A DNA stretch of 50,863 bases, from the NCBI GenBank assembly GCA_002780715.1, contig PEUO01000148.1, positions 1-50,863 on the forward strand. The letters run 5' to 3'. The DNA is from Deltaproteobacteria bacterium CG03_land_8_20_14_0_80_45_14. Lineage in GTDB: Bacteria > Desulfobacterota > BSN033 > UBA1163. Below the pieces are notes generated by a model that worked only from the letters and a program-made list of their open reading frames with translations, did no database searches and was not told the origin of the DNA. Of the stretch, positions 8,696-18,279 are shown in pieces (position 1 is the first letter of the stretch; each line of letters begins with the position of its first letter). The position numbers and the translations under genes are program-made.

Positions 8696-9775
8696 TCAGA
8701 ATTTAAATCCTCCCGGGGAAAATATTCGGATCAGGTCGTTGTAGAAGGCGAAGAGCATTAAGAGGATGATGAAGATCAGACCAATCTGTTGGGCTATTTC
8801 CATTTTCTTGATACTGAGAGGTTTTCGCAGGATAGCCTCCAATCCTAAGAAGAGAAAGTGACCCCCATCCAGGATAGGGATGGGAAAGAGGTTGATTACT
8901 CCGAGGTTGATACTGAGGATCGCCATGAAGAGGGCTAAACTTAATAACCCCCTTTTAGCTTGCTCCCCAGCCATTTGGGCAATCAGAATAGGGCCGCCAA
9001 TCGTCTTTGCCGGAATTACCCTTTCGATCAATTTGATAATGCTCACCACCGTTAATTTGATCCCAAACCAGGTTTGTGAAAGTCCTTTCCCTATTGCCCT
9101 AAAAGGTCCGACCTTCTGAACGACAATTTCATCAAAAGGAGTGATTCCTACGATAAAAACAGGAACCTCTTCTCCAAAGAGATTTTTTTGTGTGGAAGGT
9201 TTTGGAGTCACTTTGATGTCAAGGGTCTCACCATCTCGTTTCACCTTAAGGAGGAGGTCCTTCCCTTTGCTGTTTCGGATGACCTGAGAGAGATCGTCCC
9301 ATTTTGTTATCTCTTCTCCATCAATGGAGAAGACGACATCTCCCTTTTTTAAACCCGCCTGCTCTGCTGGAAGGCCAGGGCTCACCTCTCCTATCTTAGA
9401 AGGATAATAAGGAATACCAAAAAGGTTGATGCTGGAGAAGAGCGCTGCAGCGAGAAAAAAATTGAAGAAAGGACCAGCCCCTATGATCAGGGCACGCTTC
9501 CAAATCGGCTGCGCCCAAAAAGAGCGATGACGTTCTTCTTCCTTTACTTCCTCATTGGGATCCTCTCCCAATGGTTTGACAAATCCACCTAATGGGAAGA
9601 CTGCAATTTGATATTCTGTTTCTCCAATCTTTTTTCCAATCAGTTTGGGTCCAAACCCTAATGAAAATTTTAAAACCTTTACTCCCATTTTTTTTGATAT
9701 AATGAAATGTCCTAATTCGTGAACAAAAATGAGAATACCTAATACAATAGCCGTTGAAACGATGGTTAGTAACAC
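8696..9775 (-). CDS. rseP: RIP zinc metalloprotease RseP (site-2 protease)
   Basis: 359 aa. HELGHF zinc motif in TM1, a central PDZ-like segment and the C-terminal NLFPIPILDGG motif. GTG start. Confidence 0.9.
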   Translation of the reverse strand: MLLTIVSTAIVLGILIFVHELGHFIISKKMGVKVLKFSLGFGPKLIGKKIGETEYQIAVFPLGGFVKPLGEDPNEEVKEEERHRSFWAQPIWKRALIIGAGPFFNFFLAAALFSSINLFGIPYYPSKIGEVSPGLPAEQAGLKKGDVVFSIDGEEITKWDDLSQVIRNSKGKDLLLKVKRDGETLDIKVTPKPSTQKNLFGEEVPVFIVGITPFDEIVVQKVGPFRAIGKGLSQTWFGIKLTVVSIIKLIERVIPAKTIGGPILIAQMAGEQAKRGLLSLALFMAILSINLGVINLFPIPILDGGHFLFLGLEAILRKPLSIKKMEIAQQIGLIFIILLMLFAFYNDLIRIFSPGGFKF

Positions 9776-10932
9776 GCTTTACCCCTTTCTATCATCACCT
9801 TCAACCTTTCCCTGGCCCAGTGATCGGCCCTCAGGATATCTTCAATGGTATGAACGGACTTTACCTCATGTTCTTCCATCACCCTCTGGAGGAGGATAGG
9901 GATTTCTGTAAATTTGAGAGATCCTTCCAGGAATGCACTCACTGCCACTTCATTGGCCGCATTGAGGATGGCGGGCATGGTCTCCCCGGTCTCGATGGAT
10001 TGATAGGCCAATTTGAGGCAAGGGAATTTTTGTGGATCAGGAGGAGAAAAAGTGAGGGCTTCACTTTTTGAAAGGTCCAGAGGAGGCAACTTTAGATTGA
10101 GTCGTTCAGGGAAGGAAAGAGCATAGGAGATTGGGATCTTCATATCCGTAATCCCCATCTGGGCGACAATGGAGCCATCGATAAATTCAACCATCGAATG
10201 AACGACGCTCTGAGGATGGATGAGGACAATAATCTTTTCAATTGGAATATTGAAAAGCCAGTGGGCCTCGATGACCTCTAAACCTTTGTTCATCAGTGAG
10301 GCAGAATCGACGGTGATCTTCTTCCCCATCTCCCAGTGAGGGTGGTTGAGGGCTTCTTTTGCCGTAACATCATGAAGTCTGGAAAAGGGAAGGTTGAGGA
10401 AAGGTCCTCCCGATGCAGTGAGAATGAGGCGATGGACATCTTCCTTCCGGTGGCCGAGCAATGCCTGGAAGATGGCGCTGTGTTCACTGTCCACCGGTAG
10501 AATTTGAACATGATTCCGTTTTGCCTCTTCCATCACAATCTTTCCTGCCATGACCAAAGGTTCTTTATTGGCCAGGGCAATGGTTTTTCCGGTCTTGATG
10601 GCGGAGAGGGTAGGGATGAGACCGACTGCGCCCACGATGGCAGAAACGACCTGATCGACCTCCGGATGGGTGGCTACCCGAATGAGTCCCTCCACCCCAT
10701 GGACGATTTCAACGGGTACGTTAGGAAGTTCTCTTTGAAGGGCCTCTGATAATTCTTTATTGAGAACTGAGACGATCTTCGGCCGAAACTGAAGGATTTG
10801 TTGTTTGAGAAGCTGTGTATTGAGGCCGGCAGAAAGGCTGATCACCTCAAATCGTTCTGGAAATTGATTGACGATATGAAGGGTATTGACGCCAATCGAA
10901 CCTGTTGAACCCAGGATAGACAAACGCTTCAT
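9766..10932 (-). CDS. dxr: 1-deoxy-D-xylulose 5-phosphate reductoisomerase
   Basis: 388 aa. LGSTGSIG NADPH motif and conserved ..PVDSEHSAIFQ... Confidence 0.95.
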   Translation of the reverse strand: MKRLSILGSTGSIGVNTLHIVNQFPERFEVISLSAGLNTQLLKQQILQFRPKIVSVLNKELSEALQRELPNVPVEIVHGVEGLIRVATHPEVDQVVSAIVGAVGLIPTLSAIKTGKTIALANKEPLVMAGKIVMEEAKRNHVQILPVDSEHSAIFQALLGHRKEDVHRLILTASGGPFLNLPFSRLHDVTAKEALNHPHWEMGKKITVDSASLMNKGLEVIEAHWLFNIPIEKIIVLIHPQSVVHSMVEFIDGSIVAQMGITDMKIPISYALSFPERLNLKLPPLDLSKSEALTFSPPDPQKFPCLKLAYQSIETGETMPAILNAANEVAVSAFLEGSLKFTEIPILLQRVMEEHEVKSVHTIEDILRADHWARERLKVMIERGKACY

Positions 10933-11747
10933 GGAGTCTCCTTCAAGAGATAGAGGAGGGAGTAATGAAGGAAAGGGGCGGAGAAGAGGAAACTATCTAT
11001 TCGATCCAGCATGCCTCCATGACCCGGGATGAGAGTTCCCGAATCCTTTACCTGAGCGCTTCGCTTCAGCAACGACTCCGTAAAATCTCCCAATTGGCCA
11101 AAAATCCCTAAGCCGATGGCCAAGAGGATACAATGTCCCTTTTCTAAATGGGGGATGAACAACAGGGAGAAGGCAAGGGCCACGATGATGGAGCCGACAA
11201 TCGCCCCCCCCAATCCCTCAAAGGTTTTATTCGGACTAATCTTGGGGTAGAGTTTGTGCCTTCCCAAGAAGGAGCCACTCAGCAAGGCAGAGATATCCCC
11301 AGCCCAGATTGTTGCGATGAGAAAGAGCACCCATATCCTTCCATTCGTCATGTTCCGAATGACTGAGACATAAGCGAGAAGAAATCCGATAAAGAGAATT
11401 CCAAAGAGGATGATCCCCATCTTTGAGATGGTAGACGAGAGATCCTTTGAAGTGGCCATAAAGAGGATGGAAAGAATGAGGAGTGCCAGGACAAAGAACG
11501 GAGAAATTTCTTTCAAATCTCCAAAGGAAATGATAATCGAAAGGATCAGCCCCAGTCCTATTCCCACCGCGCGTTCAATCCATTTGGAGTGAGGAAGGGC
11601 AAGGTTGTAATACTCTCGGAGTCCGAAAAAACTGGCCAGGAGCACCATGAGGTGGAGAACAGCAGGACGTCCCAGGGCGATCAAAAGGACAACCGGAGGG
11701 ACCATGAAAAATGCCATCCATACCTTTCTCTTTTCTATTTTCCCCAT
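10929..11747 (-). CDS. cdsA: Phosphatidate cytidylyltransferase
   Basis: 272 aa, multi-TM. C-terminal KRSAQVKDSGTLIPGHGGMLDRIDS signature. ATGA overlap with dxr. Confidence 0.9.
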   Translation of the reverse strand: MGKIEKRKVWMAFFMVPPVVLLIALGRPAVLHLMVLLASFFGLREYYNLALPHSKWIERAVGIGLGLILSIIISFGDLKEISPFFVLALLILSILFMATSKDLSSTISKMGIILFGILFIGFLLAYVSVIRNMTNGRIWVLFLIATIWAGDISALLSGSFLGRHKLYPKISPNKTFEGLGGAIVGSIIVALAFSLLFIPHLEKGHCILLAIGLGIFGQLGDFTESLLKRSAQVKDSGTLIPGHGGMLDRIDSFLFSAPFLHYSLLYLLKETP

Positions 11748-11792
11748 ACAAGCCCTTTTGAATCGTGGATTTCAGATTGCATAGTGTAGATT

Positions 11793-11933
11793 AAATCCGA
11801 AATCCGAATATCGAAATCCGAAACAAATCCAAAATTCGAATTTCAAAATCCAAAACGGCTTTTACTTGTTTGGGTCATTTGAATTTTGATAATTCGTGCT
11901 TGTTTCGAATTTCGTGCTTTGAATTTAGAATTT
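11793..11933. repeat. AATCCGA heptamer array plus hairpin element
   Basis: AATCCGA AATCCGA ATATCGA AATCCGA (11793-11820). Then TTCGAATTTCAAAATCCAAAAC pairs with GTCATTTGAATTTTGATAATTCG (11835-11896). Confidence 0.7.
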
Positions 11934-11939
11934 CTTATA

Positions 11940-12683
11940 TTATTCTTCTCTCCCATTCAATTGTTCGCTGGTCAGACCGAACCTTCTCTCTCTGGACTGA
12001 AAATCAGCGATGGCTTTCAGAAGTTCTTTACGATCGAAATCCGGCCATAGGGTGTCGGTGACGTATAACTCAGTGTAAGCGATCTGCCAAAGAAGGAAGT
12101 TGGAAATGCGAAATTCACCGCTTGTCCGAATGAGAAGGTCTGGGTCGGGTATCCCATGAGTCCAGAGATATTCCGGGAAATGTTGTACCGTGATCTCCTC
12201 TGGTTTGATTTTGCCCTTTTGGAGATCAGAGGTTATTCCTTGAACAGCGTGGAGGATTTCTGAACGGCCGCCATAACTCAATGCTAAATTGAGAATCATT
12301 CCGTCACAGCGTTCAGTTTTTTTCATCGTCTCTCGCAGGGTCGTTTGGACATCAAGAGGAAGATCTTCGATGCGACCGATGACATTGAGTCGAATATTAT
12401 TCTGAACCATCTCCTCATACTCTTTCAGAAGGTATTCCTTCAGTAGATCCATCAAGGCATTCACCTCCTCCGCTGGCCTCTTCCAATTCTCGATGGAAAA
12501 GGCGTAGAGGGTTAATACCTTGATTCCCAATTCCCGGCAAGCCGTGACGACCTCCCTGACGGCATGAACTCCTTTGATATGACCGCTGATTCGGTTGAGG
12601 AACTTTTTTTTGGCCCAGCGACCATTTCCATCCATGATGATCGCGATATGATGTGGAAGTTTTTCCTTATCGATTTCTTCCAT
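11940..12683 (-). CDS. uppS: Isoprenyl transferase (undecaprenyl-diphosphate synthase)
   Basis: 247 aa. HIAIIMDGNGRWA and the ..IRTSGEFRISNFLLWQ.. motifs are present. Confidence 0.93.
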   Translation of the reverse strand: MEEIDKEKLPHHIAIIMDGNGRWAKKKFLNRISGHIKGVHAVREVVTACRELGIKVLTLYAFSIENWKRPAEEVNALMDLLKEYLLKEYEEMVQNNIRLNVIGRIEDLPLDVQTTLRETMKKTERCDGMILNLALSYGGRSEILHAVQGITSDLQKGKIKPEEITVQHFPEYLWTHGIPDPDLLIRTSGEFRISNFLLWQIAYTELYVTDTLWPDFDRKELLKAIADFQSRERRFGLTSEQLNGREE

Positions 12684-12821
12684 GATTTAAGAACCTTTTG
12701 AGGCCGGCGCAAAAAGCCTTTTTGAGTTAATAGTTTTATCTATTAAAGTTAGCATATTGAATACTGATTTTCAATCAGTGATTGATGAAGTGATTGATGA
12801 AGAATGGATGGAGGATTTGGA

Positions 12822-12874
12822 AGATTTAAAAGATAAAGGGGGGAAGGAGATAAATCAGAGTGTCATCCCCCCTT
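12822..12874 (-). terminator. Possible terminator after the ferredoxin gene
   Basis: On the minus strand an AAGGGGGG/CCCCCCTT 8-bp stem is followed by TATCTTTTAAAT. The loop is long (23 nt), so this call is weak. Confidence 0.35.
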
Positions 12875-12879
12875 GGGTC

Positions 12880-13053
12880 TTATTTTTCTACAATCGCTTC
12901 GACAGGACATACCTCAAAGCAGCTTCCGCATTCGGTACATTTCTCTTCGTTGATCACATAGGGCTCCCCTTCTTCAATGGCTTCAGCAGGGCATTCTTCC
13001 GCACAGGTCCCACAAGCCACGCATTCTTCTGTAATCACGTAAGCCACTGGCAT
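12880..13053 (-). CDS. 2x[4Fe-4S] clostridial-type ferredoxin (57 aa; below the ORF-track cutoff)
   Basis: Own translation: MPVAYVITEECVACGTCAEECPAEAIEEGEPYVINEEKCTECGSCFEVCPVEAIVEK. It has two CxxCxxCxxxCP motifs. A GGGGGTG SD lies just upstream of the ATG. Confidence 0.85.
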   Translation of the reverse strand: MPVAYVITEECVACGTCAEECPAEAIEEGEPYVINEEKCTECGSCFEVCPVEAIVEK

Positions 13054-13060
13054 CACCCCC

Positions 13061-13166
13061 TTTACCCCGTTAGAAAGCCCCGCTGCTTGCCCCGTGTGAA
13101 GCTTCGCTTCTATCGGGGCTTGCAGCGGGGATGAACCCCGTCAAAGATTTTCTAACGGGGTTTACC
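13061..13166. repeat. ~105-bp nested palindromic element (frr-ferredoxin spacer)
   Basis: Outer arms TTTACCCCGTTAGAAA / TTTCTAACGGGGTTTACC. Inner arms CCCCGCTGCTTGCCCCG / CGGGGCTTGCAGCGGGG. Confidence 0.75.
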
Positions 13167-13167
13167 A

Positions 13168-13728
13168 TTAAGAGATTTCTAAAATTTCTTTTTCCTTGGC
13201 CGTGAGAACGCCATCCACTTTCTCTATAAATTGGTCTGTGGATTTTTGTACCTTTTCCATCCATTGGTGAAGCTGGTCCTGAGAAATTTTTTTATTTTTC
13301 TCCAATCCCTTCAACTGCTCGTTAGCCTCCCGTCGAATATTTCGAATCGCCACTTTTGCCCCTTCGGCCATCTTCCTGACCACCTTGACCAGTTCCTTCC
13401 GACGTTCCTCTGTCAGTCGTGGGATGTTGATGCGGATGATCTTCCCATCACTCGCGGGGGTTACCCCGAGTTCTGATTTAAGGATGGCCTTTTCAATTTC
13501 ACCGATGACGGAGGTATCCCAGGATTGAATGGTGATGAGCCTGGGTTCAGGGACGGACAAGGTGGCCATCTGGTTAAGTGGGGTTGGCGTCCCATAGTAA
13601 TCCACTCGGATATCATCGAAGAGGGCGAGGGAAGCTCTGCCCGTCCTGATTTTATTCAAATCCGTCTTGAGGGAGGAGAGGGTTTTTTCCATCTTGGCAA
13701 CGGTTTCTGTATAAGTCTTCTCATCCAT
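13168..13728 (-). CDS. frr: Ribosome recycling factor
   Basis: 186 aa. Contains ..[23 protein letters not shown].. and ..[14 protein letters not shown]... Confidence 0.95.
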   Translation of the reverse strand: MDEKTYTETVAKMEKTLSSLKTDLNKIRTGRASLALFDDIRVDYYGTPTPLNQMATLSVPEPRLITIQSWDTSVIGEIEKAILKSELGVTPASDGKIIRINIPRLTEERRKELVKVVRKMAEGAKVAIRNIRREANEQLKGLEKNKKISQDQLHQWMEKVQKSTDQFIEKVDGVLTAKEKEILEIS

Positions 13729-13731
13729 TGT

Positions 13732-15160
<1,429 letters not shown>

Positions 15161-15166
15161 TCGATT

Positions 15167-15964
15167 CTATTCCTCCTCGACTACCTCAGCCACTTCTTCA
15201 CCATGTATCTCTTCTGAGGGCTCAACTTTTTCCGCCCTCTCTTTTTCTTCTTTGGCTCCCTCCATCTGGAGTTGTTTTTCATAAATCTGTTTTCCCTCAA
15301 CGACCGCATCCGCCATTTTAGATGTAAAAAGGTTAACCGCGCGGATCGCATCATCATTTCCCGGGATAATGTAATCCAATTCTTCGGGATTACAATTGGT
15401 ATCGACAATGCCGATGGAGGGGATGCCAATTTTTCGAGCTTCCCTCACGGCAATCCTTTCCTTTTTAGGATCCACGACAAAGATGGCCCCAGGAAGTCGA
15501 TCCATATTTTTGATGCCCCCCAGGGATTTCTCCAACCGAGTCCTCTCTTTCTCTAGTTCCAAGACCTCTTTTTTCGGAAGGAGATTGTAAATCTCTTCAT
15601 TCTTCATCGCCTCAAGTTTATTCAATCGGTCAATGGATCGCTTAATCGTCTGGAAATTGGTCATCATTCCTCCCAACCAGCGATGATTCACATAGAACAT
15701 TCCACAGCGGGTGGCCTGCTCACTAATCGTTTCCTGTGCCTGCTTCTTTGTCCCGATGAAGAGGATATATTCCCCCTTGGCAACGATATCCCGAACGAAT
15801 TGATAGGCTTCCTTGAAGAGCTGGACAGTCTTCTGGAGATCAATGATATAAATTCCATTTCTTGCCCCAAAGATATATGGTTTCATTTTGGGGTCCCAGC
15901 GTTTTGTCTCATGGCCGAAATGAACCCCAGCCTCCAGAAGTTCCTTCATCGTTACCGCGGCCAT
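15167..15964 (-). CDS. rpsB: 30S ribosomal protein S2
   Basis: [23 protein letters not shown].. The start at 15964 has GGAGGG upstream. The 48-aa N-terminal extension in the ORF track is unlikely. Acidic C-terminal tail. Confidence 0.93.
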   Translation of the reverse strand: MAAVTMKELLEAGVHFGHETKRWDPKMKPYIFGARNGIYIIDLQKTVQLFKEAYQFVRDIVAKGEYILFIGTKKQAQETISEQATRCGMFYVNHRWLGGMMTNFQTIKRSIDRLNKLEAMKNEEIYNLLPKKEVLELEKERTRLEKSLGGIKNMDRLPGAIFVVDPKKERIAVREARKIGIPSIGIVDTNCNPEELDYIIPGNDDAIRAVNLFTSKMADAVVEGKQIYEKQLQMEGAKEEKERAEKVEPSEEIHGEEVAEVVEEE

Positions 15965-16320
15965 CGAGCCCTCCATTTCTTTTCCATTTCTCCTCCTTTG
16001 GATGAAAATATGCGAATTAAAATCAGTTAACATATGATTCGGTATTTTGCAAGAGAAAAAACTCACGAAATCCCGATCGATGTTCGATGAGGCCTTTGAT
16101 TGCCACAAAACAAACTACAATTTTTTAATTTGGTTTGTCAAATCAACAAGTTGAAACATTAACACCTCATTTCGGAATGATTTTTATCATCTGATATGAT
16201 CCTCGAATCTTTTATTGTAAATCTTAGAATTCCAAATAGAGGAAAATCATATCCCTTTTGACATAAGTCAATGAAATTTGTCTCGTAGAGTGGAATAATA
16301 GGTTTTAGGAGGGGAAAAAT

Positions 16321-16587
16321 ATGAAGTGTCCGGGGCAGGATATGAGATTTTGGAAACCGGGAGATATTTTTGACACACAATGTACAAAATGTGGGCGAAG
16401 GGTGGAGTTCTTCAAAGATGAGGTGAGGCGTAAGTGCCGTTGCGGGCATGAAATCGTCAATCCCAAATTGGATTTTGGTTGTGCCCAGTGGTGTCCCTAT
16501 GCCGAACAGTGTGTCGGCCCATTGCCCGAAGAGGTAAAAGAAAGGCAAAAAGCAGGGCAGAAGGATTTATTTGCAAAGAAAATTTAA
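16321..16587 (+). CDS. Cys-rich small protein (zinc-ribbon-like), function unknown
   Basis: 88 aa with 8 Cys including CxxC (C21/C24) and CxC (C39/C41). GGAGGGG lies 6 nt before the ATG. Confidence 0.7.
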   Translation: MKCPGQDMRFWKPGDIFDTQCTKCGRRVEFFKDEVRRKCRCGHEIVNPKLDFGCAQWCPYAEQCVGPLPEEVKERQKAGQKDLFAKKI

Positions 16588-17336
16588 GGGGTGGTTCGAT
16601 TTTGGGATACCAATTTTTTCAAGGTCAGGGCGTTTTGGATAGCGAAGCCATAAATATCGTTGTTGAAATAGACGAATACGATCTTGTCTTTTTTTCTCCA
16701 ATCTAAGATTTTTTCTCCCCATTGTTTTAATTCTTTATCCGAATAATTAGAGCCATAGAGCACTTCACCACCGTGAAGGCGAAGATAGATAAAGTTGGAG
16801 GTTGTTTTCTCTATAAAAGGAAGGCCTGAACCGTGGGCGATGCAAAAGGCAAAATGAAATTCTTCCAATATCCGAAAAGCCTCGTTGCAGAACCAGGATT
16901 CATCTCTGAACTCAAAGGCATGACGATGAAGTTTAGAATGAGGGAGGGTTGAGAGAAGGACACAGAATTCCTCCAGTCTCTCTTTCTGGAATTTGAATCG
17001 TGGGGGGAGTTGCCAGAGCACCACTCCCAATTTCTCTTTCAATGGTGACGCATGGTCAAAAAGAAGAGAAAGGGGTTCTCTGCAATCCTTTAATCGTTTG
17101 ATGTGGGTGATGAACCGGCTCCCTTTGACAGCAAAGAGAAAGCGCTTCGGTGTCCGTTTATACCAGCCTTCAAAGACCTCTTTTTTAGGGAGGCGATAAA
17201 AGGAGACATTCAACTCTACTGTATTAAAACATTCGGCGTAGAATTCAAGCCACTTTTTCTGGGGAAGGTCAGAAGGATAGAAGACCCCATTCCACCAATG
17301 GGGATAGTTATAACCGCTGGTTCCGATGTAAATCAT
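16584..17336 (-). CDS. DUF72 (YecE-like) family protein
   Basis: 250 aa. MIYIGTSGYNYPHWWNGVFYP...FNTVELNVSFYRLP is the DUF72 signature. Convergent 4-nt overlap with the Cys-rich ORF. Confidence 0.85.
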   Translation of the reverse strand: MIYIGTSGYNYPHWWNGVFYPSDLPQKKWLEFYAECFNTVELNVSFYRLPKKEVFEGWYKRTPKRFLFAVKGSRFITHIKRLKDCREPLSLLFDHASPLKEKLGVVLWQLPPRFKFQKERLEEFCVLLSTLPHSKLHRHAFEFRDESWFCNEAFRILEEFHFAFCIAHGSGLPFIEKTTSNFIYLRLHGGEVLYGSNYSDKELKQWGEKILDWRKKDKIVFVYFNNDIYGFAIQNALTLKKLVSQNRTTP

Positions 17337-17344
17337 AATTTAAA

Positions 17345-17452
17345 AGGGTTCGAGGATTCGAGGGTCCGTGGGTTCAAGTATTTTCCTCCCGGGATTTTCA
17401 CTCGACCCCTTGAATCCTTGACTCCTATCCGCATGGACCTTTGATCCTTTGA
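17345..17452. repeat. 8-nt periodic inverted-repeat element (TTCGAGGA type)
   Basis: Left: TTCGAGGA TTCGAGGG TCCGTGGG TTCAAG. Right: CCTTGAAT CCTTGACT ..GGACC TTTGATCC TTTGAT. Confidence 0.65.
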
Positions 17453-18124
17453 TTAATGATAGTATTTTTTGTCTCCCGGCCTTTTTTGGGACCACTTCCG
17501 TTTGTAATATTCACGACGAATTTTTTGCCGGATTGTTGGATAGGCCATATAGAAGATGCCGAAGATAAGGCCACCCAAATGGGTCAAGTGAGCGACGCCC
17601 CCTCCAGTTCCTCCCATCGAAGAAAAAAATTCAATCAGACCAAAGATGATGACAAAGTATTTGGCAGGGATAGGAAAGAGAAAATAGATTAAGATGGGAC
17701 GATTAGGGAAAAGCCACCCGAAGGCGAGAAGTATTCCATAGATGGCTCCCGAGGCTCCGATCACAGGGATGAATTGAAATGGGTTAAAAACAACAGTACA
17801 AATTCCTGCACCGATTCCGCAGAAGAAGAAATAAAAAAGGAATTTTTTTGATCCCCAGTAATTTTCTAATTCTCCGCCAAACATCCAAAGGGCCAAGAGG
17901 TTGAAAAGGATATGAGAGAATCCTCCGTGGAGAAAAATGTAAGTAAAGAGTTGCCATAGAAAATATTTCTTCCAAACCAGAATGGGAACCAAACCGAAGT
18001 ATAACTCGATCCTACCGCTAACCAACATTTGAAGAAGAAAGACAGCTCCCATGATGATCATCAAATTCTTGATGACGGGTGTCAAACCATATCCGAATGA
18101 AAAACGGTAGCGATAATAGGTCAT
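17453..18124 (-). CDS. Rhomboid-family intramembrane serine protease
   Basis: 223 aa, multi-TM. Contains GASGAIYG (GxSG catalytic Ser) and HLTHLGG (catalytic His). Confidence 0.88.
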   Translation of the reverse strand: MTYYRYRFSFGYGLTPVIKNLMIIMGAVFLLQMLVSGRIELYFGLVPILVWKKYFLWQLFTYIFLHGGFSHILFNLLALWMFGGELENYWGSKKFLFYFFFCGIGAGICTVVFNPFQFIPVIGASGAIYGILLAFGWLFPNRPILIYFLFPIPAKYFVIIFGLIEFFSSMGGTGGGVAHLTHLGGLIFGIFYMAYPTIRQKIRREYYKRKWSQKRPGDKKYYH

Positions 18125-18226
18125 TTTTGTTCCTCGTCACTCCGTTTGAAAAGTCTGAACTTCTAATAAAGTCATTGCGTCATAGGGGCATTGAGTCTTA
18201 GGGTATTAGCTCCTTACTCTAAACTT

Positions 18227-18254
18227 ATAACTCATAACTTTCAACTCTCAACTC
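18227..18254. repeat. Heptamer tandem array
   Basis: ATAACTC ATAACTT TCAACTC TCAACTC, 26 nt downstream (minus strand) of the sigma54-regulator stop. Confidence 0.6.
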
Positions 18255-18279
18255 TTCTTGAACCATTCCCCCTGGCATC

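Noticed and set aside
12757-13134. 125-aa plus-strand ORF
   Set aside because: It is antisense to a clean 2x[4Fe-4S] ferredoxin ORF and runs into a palindromic repeat. It has no recognisable protein features.
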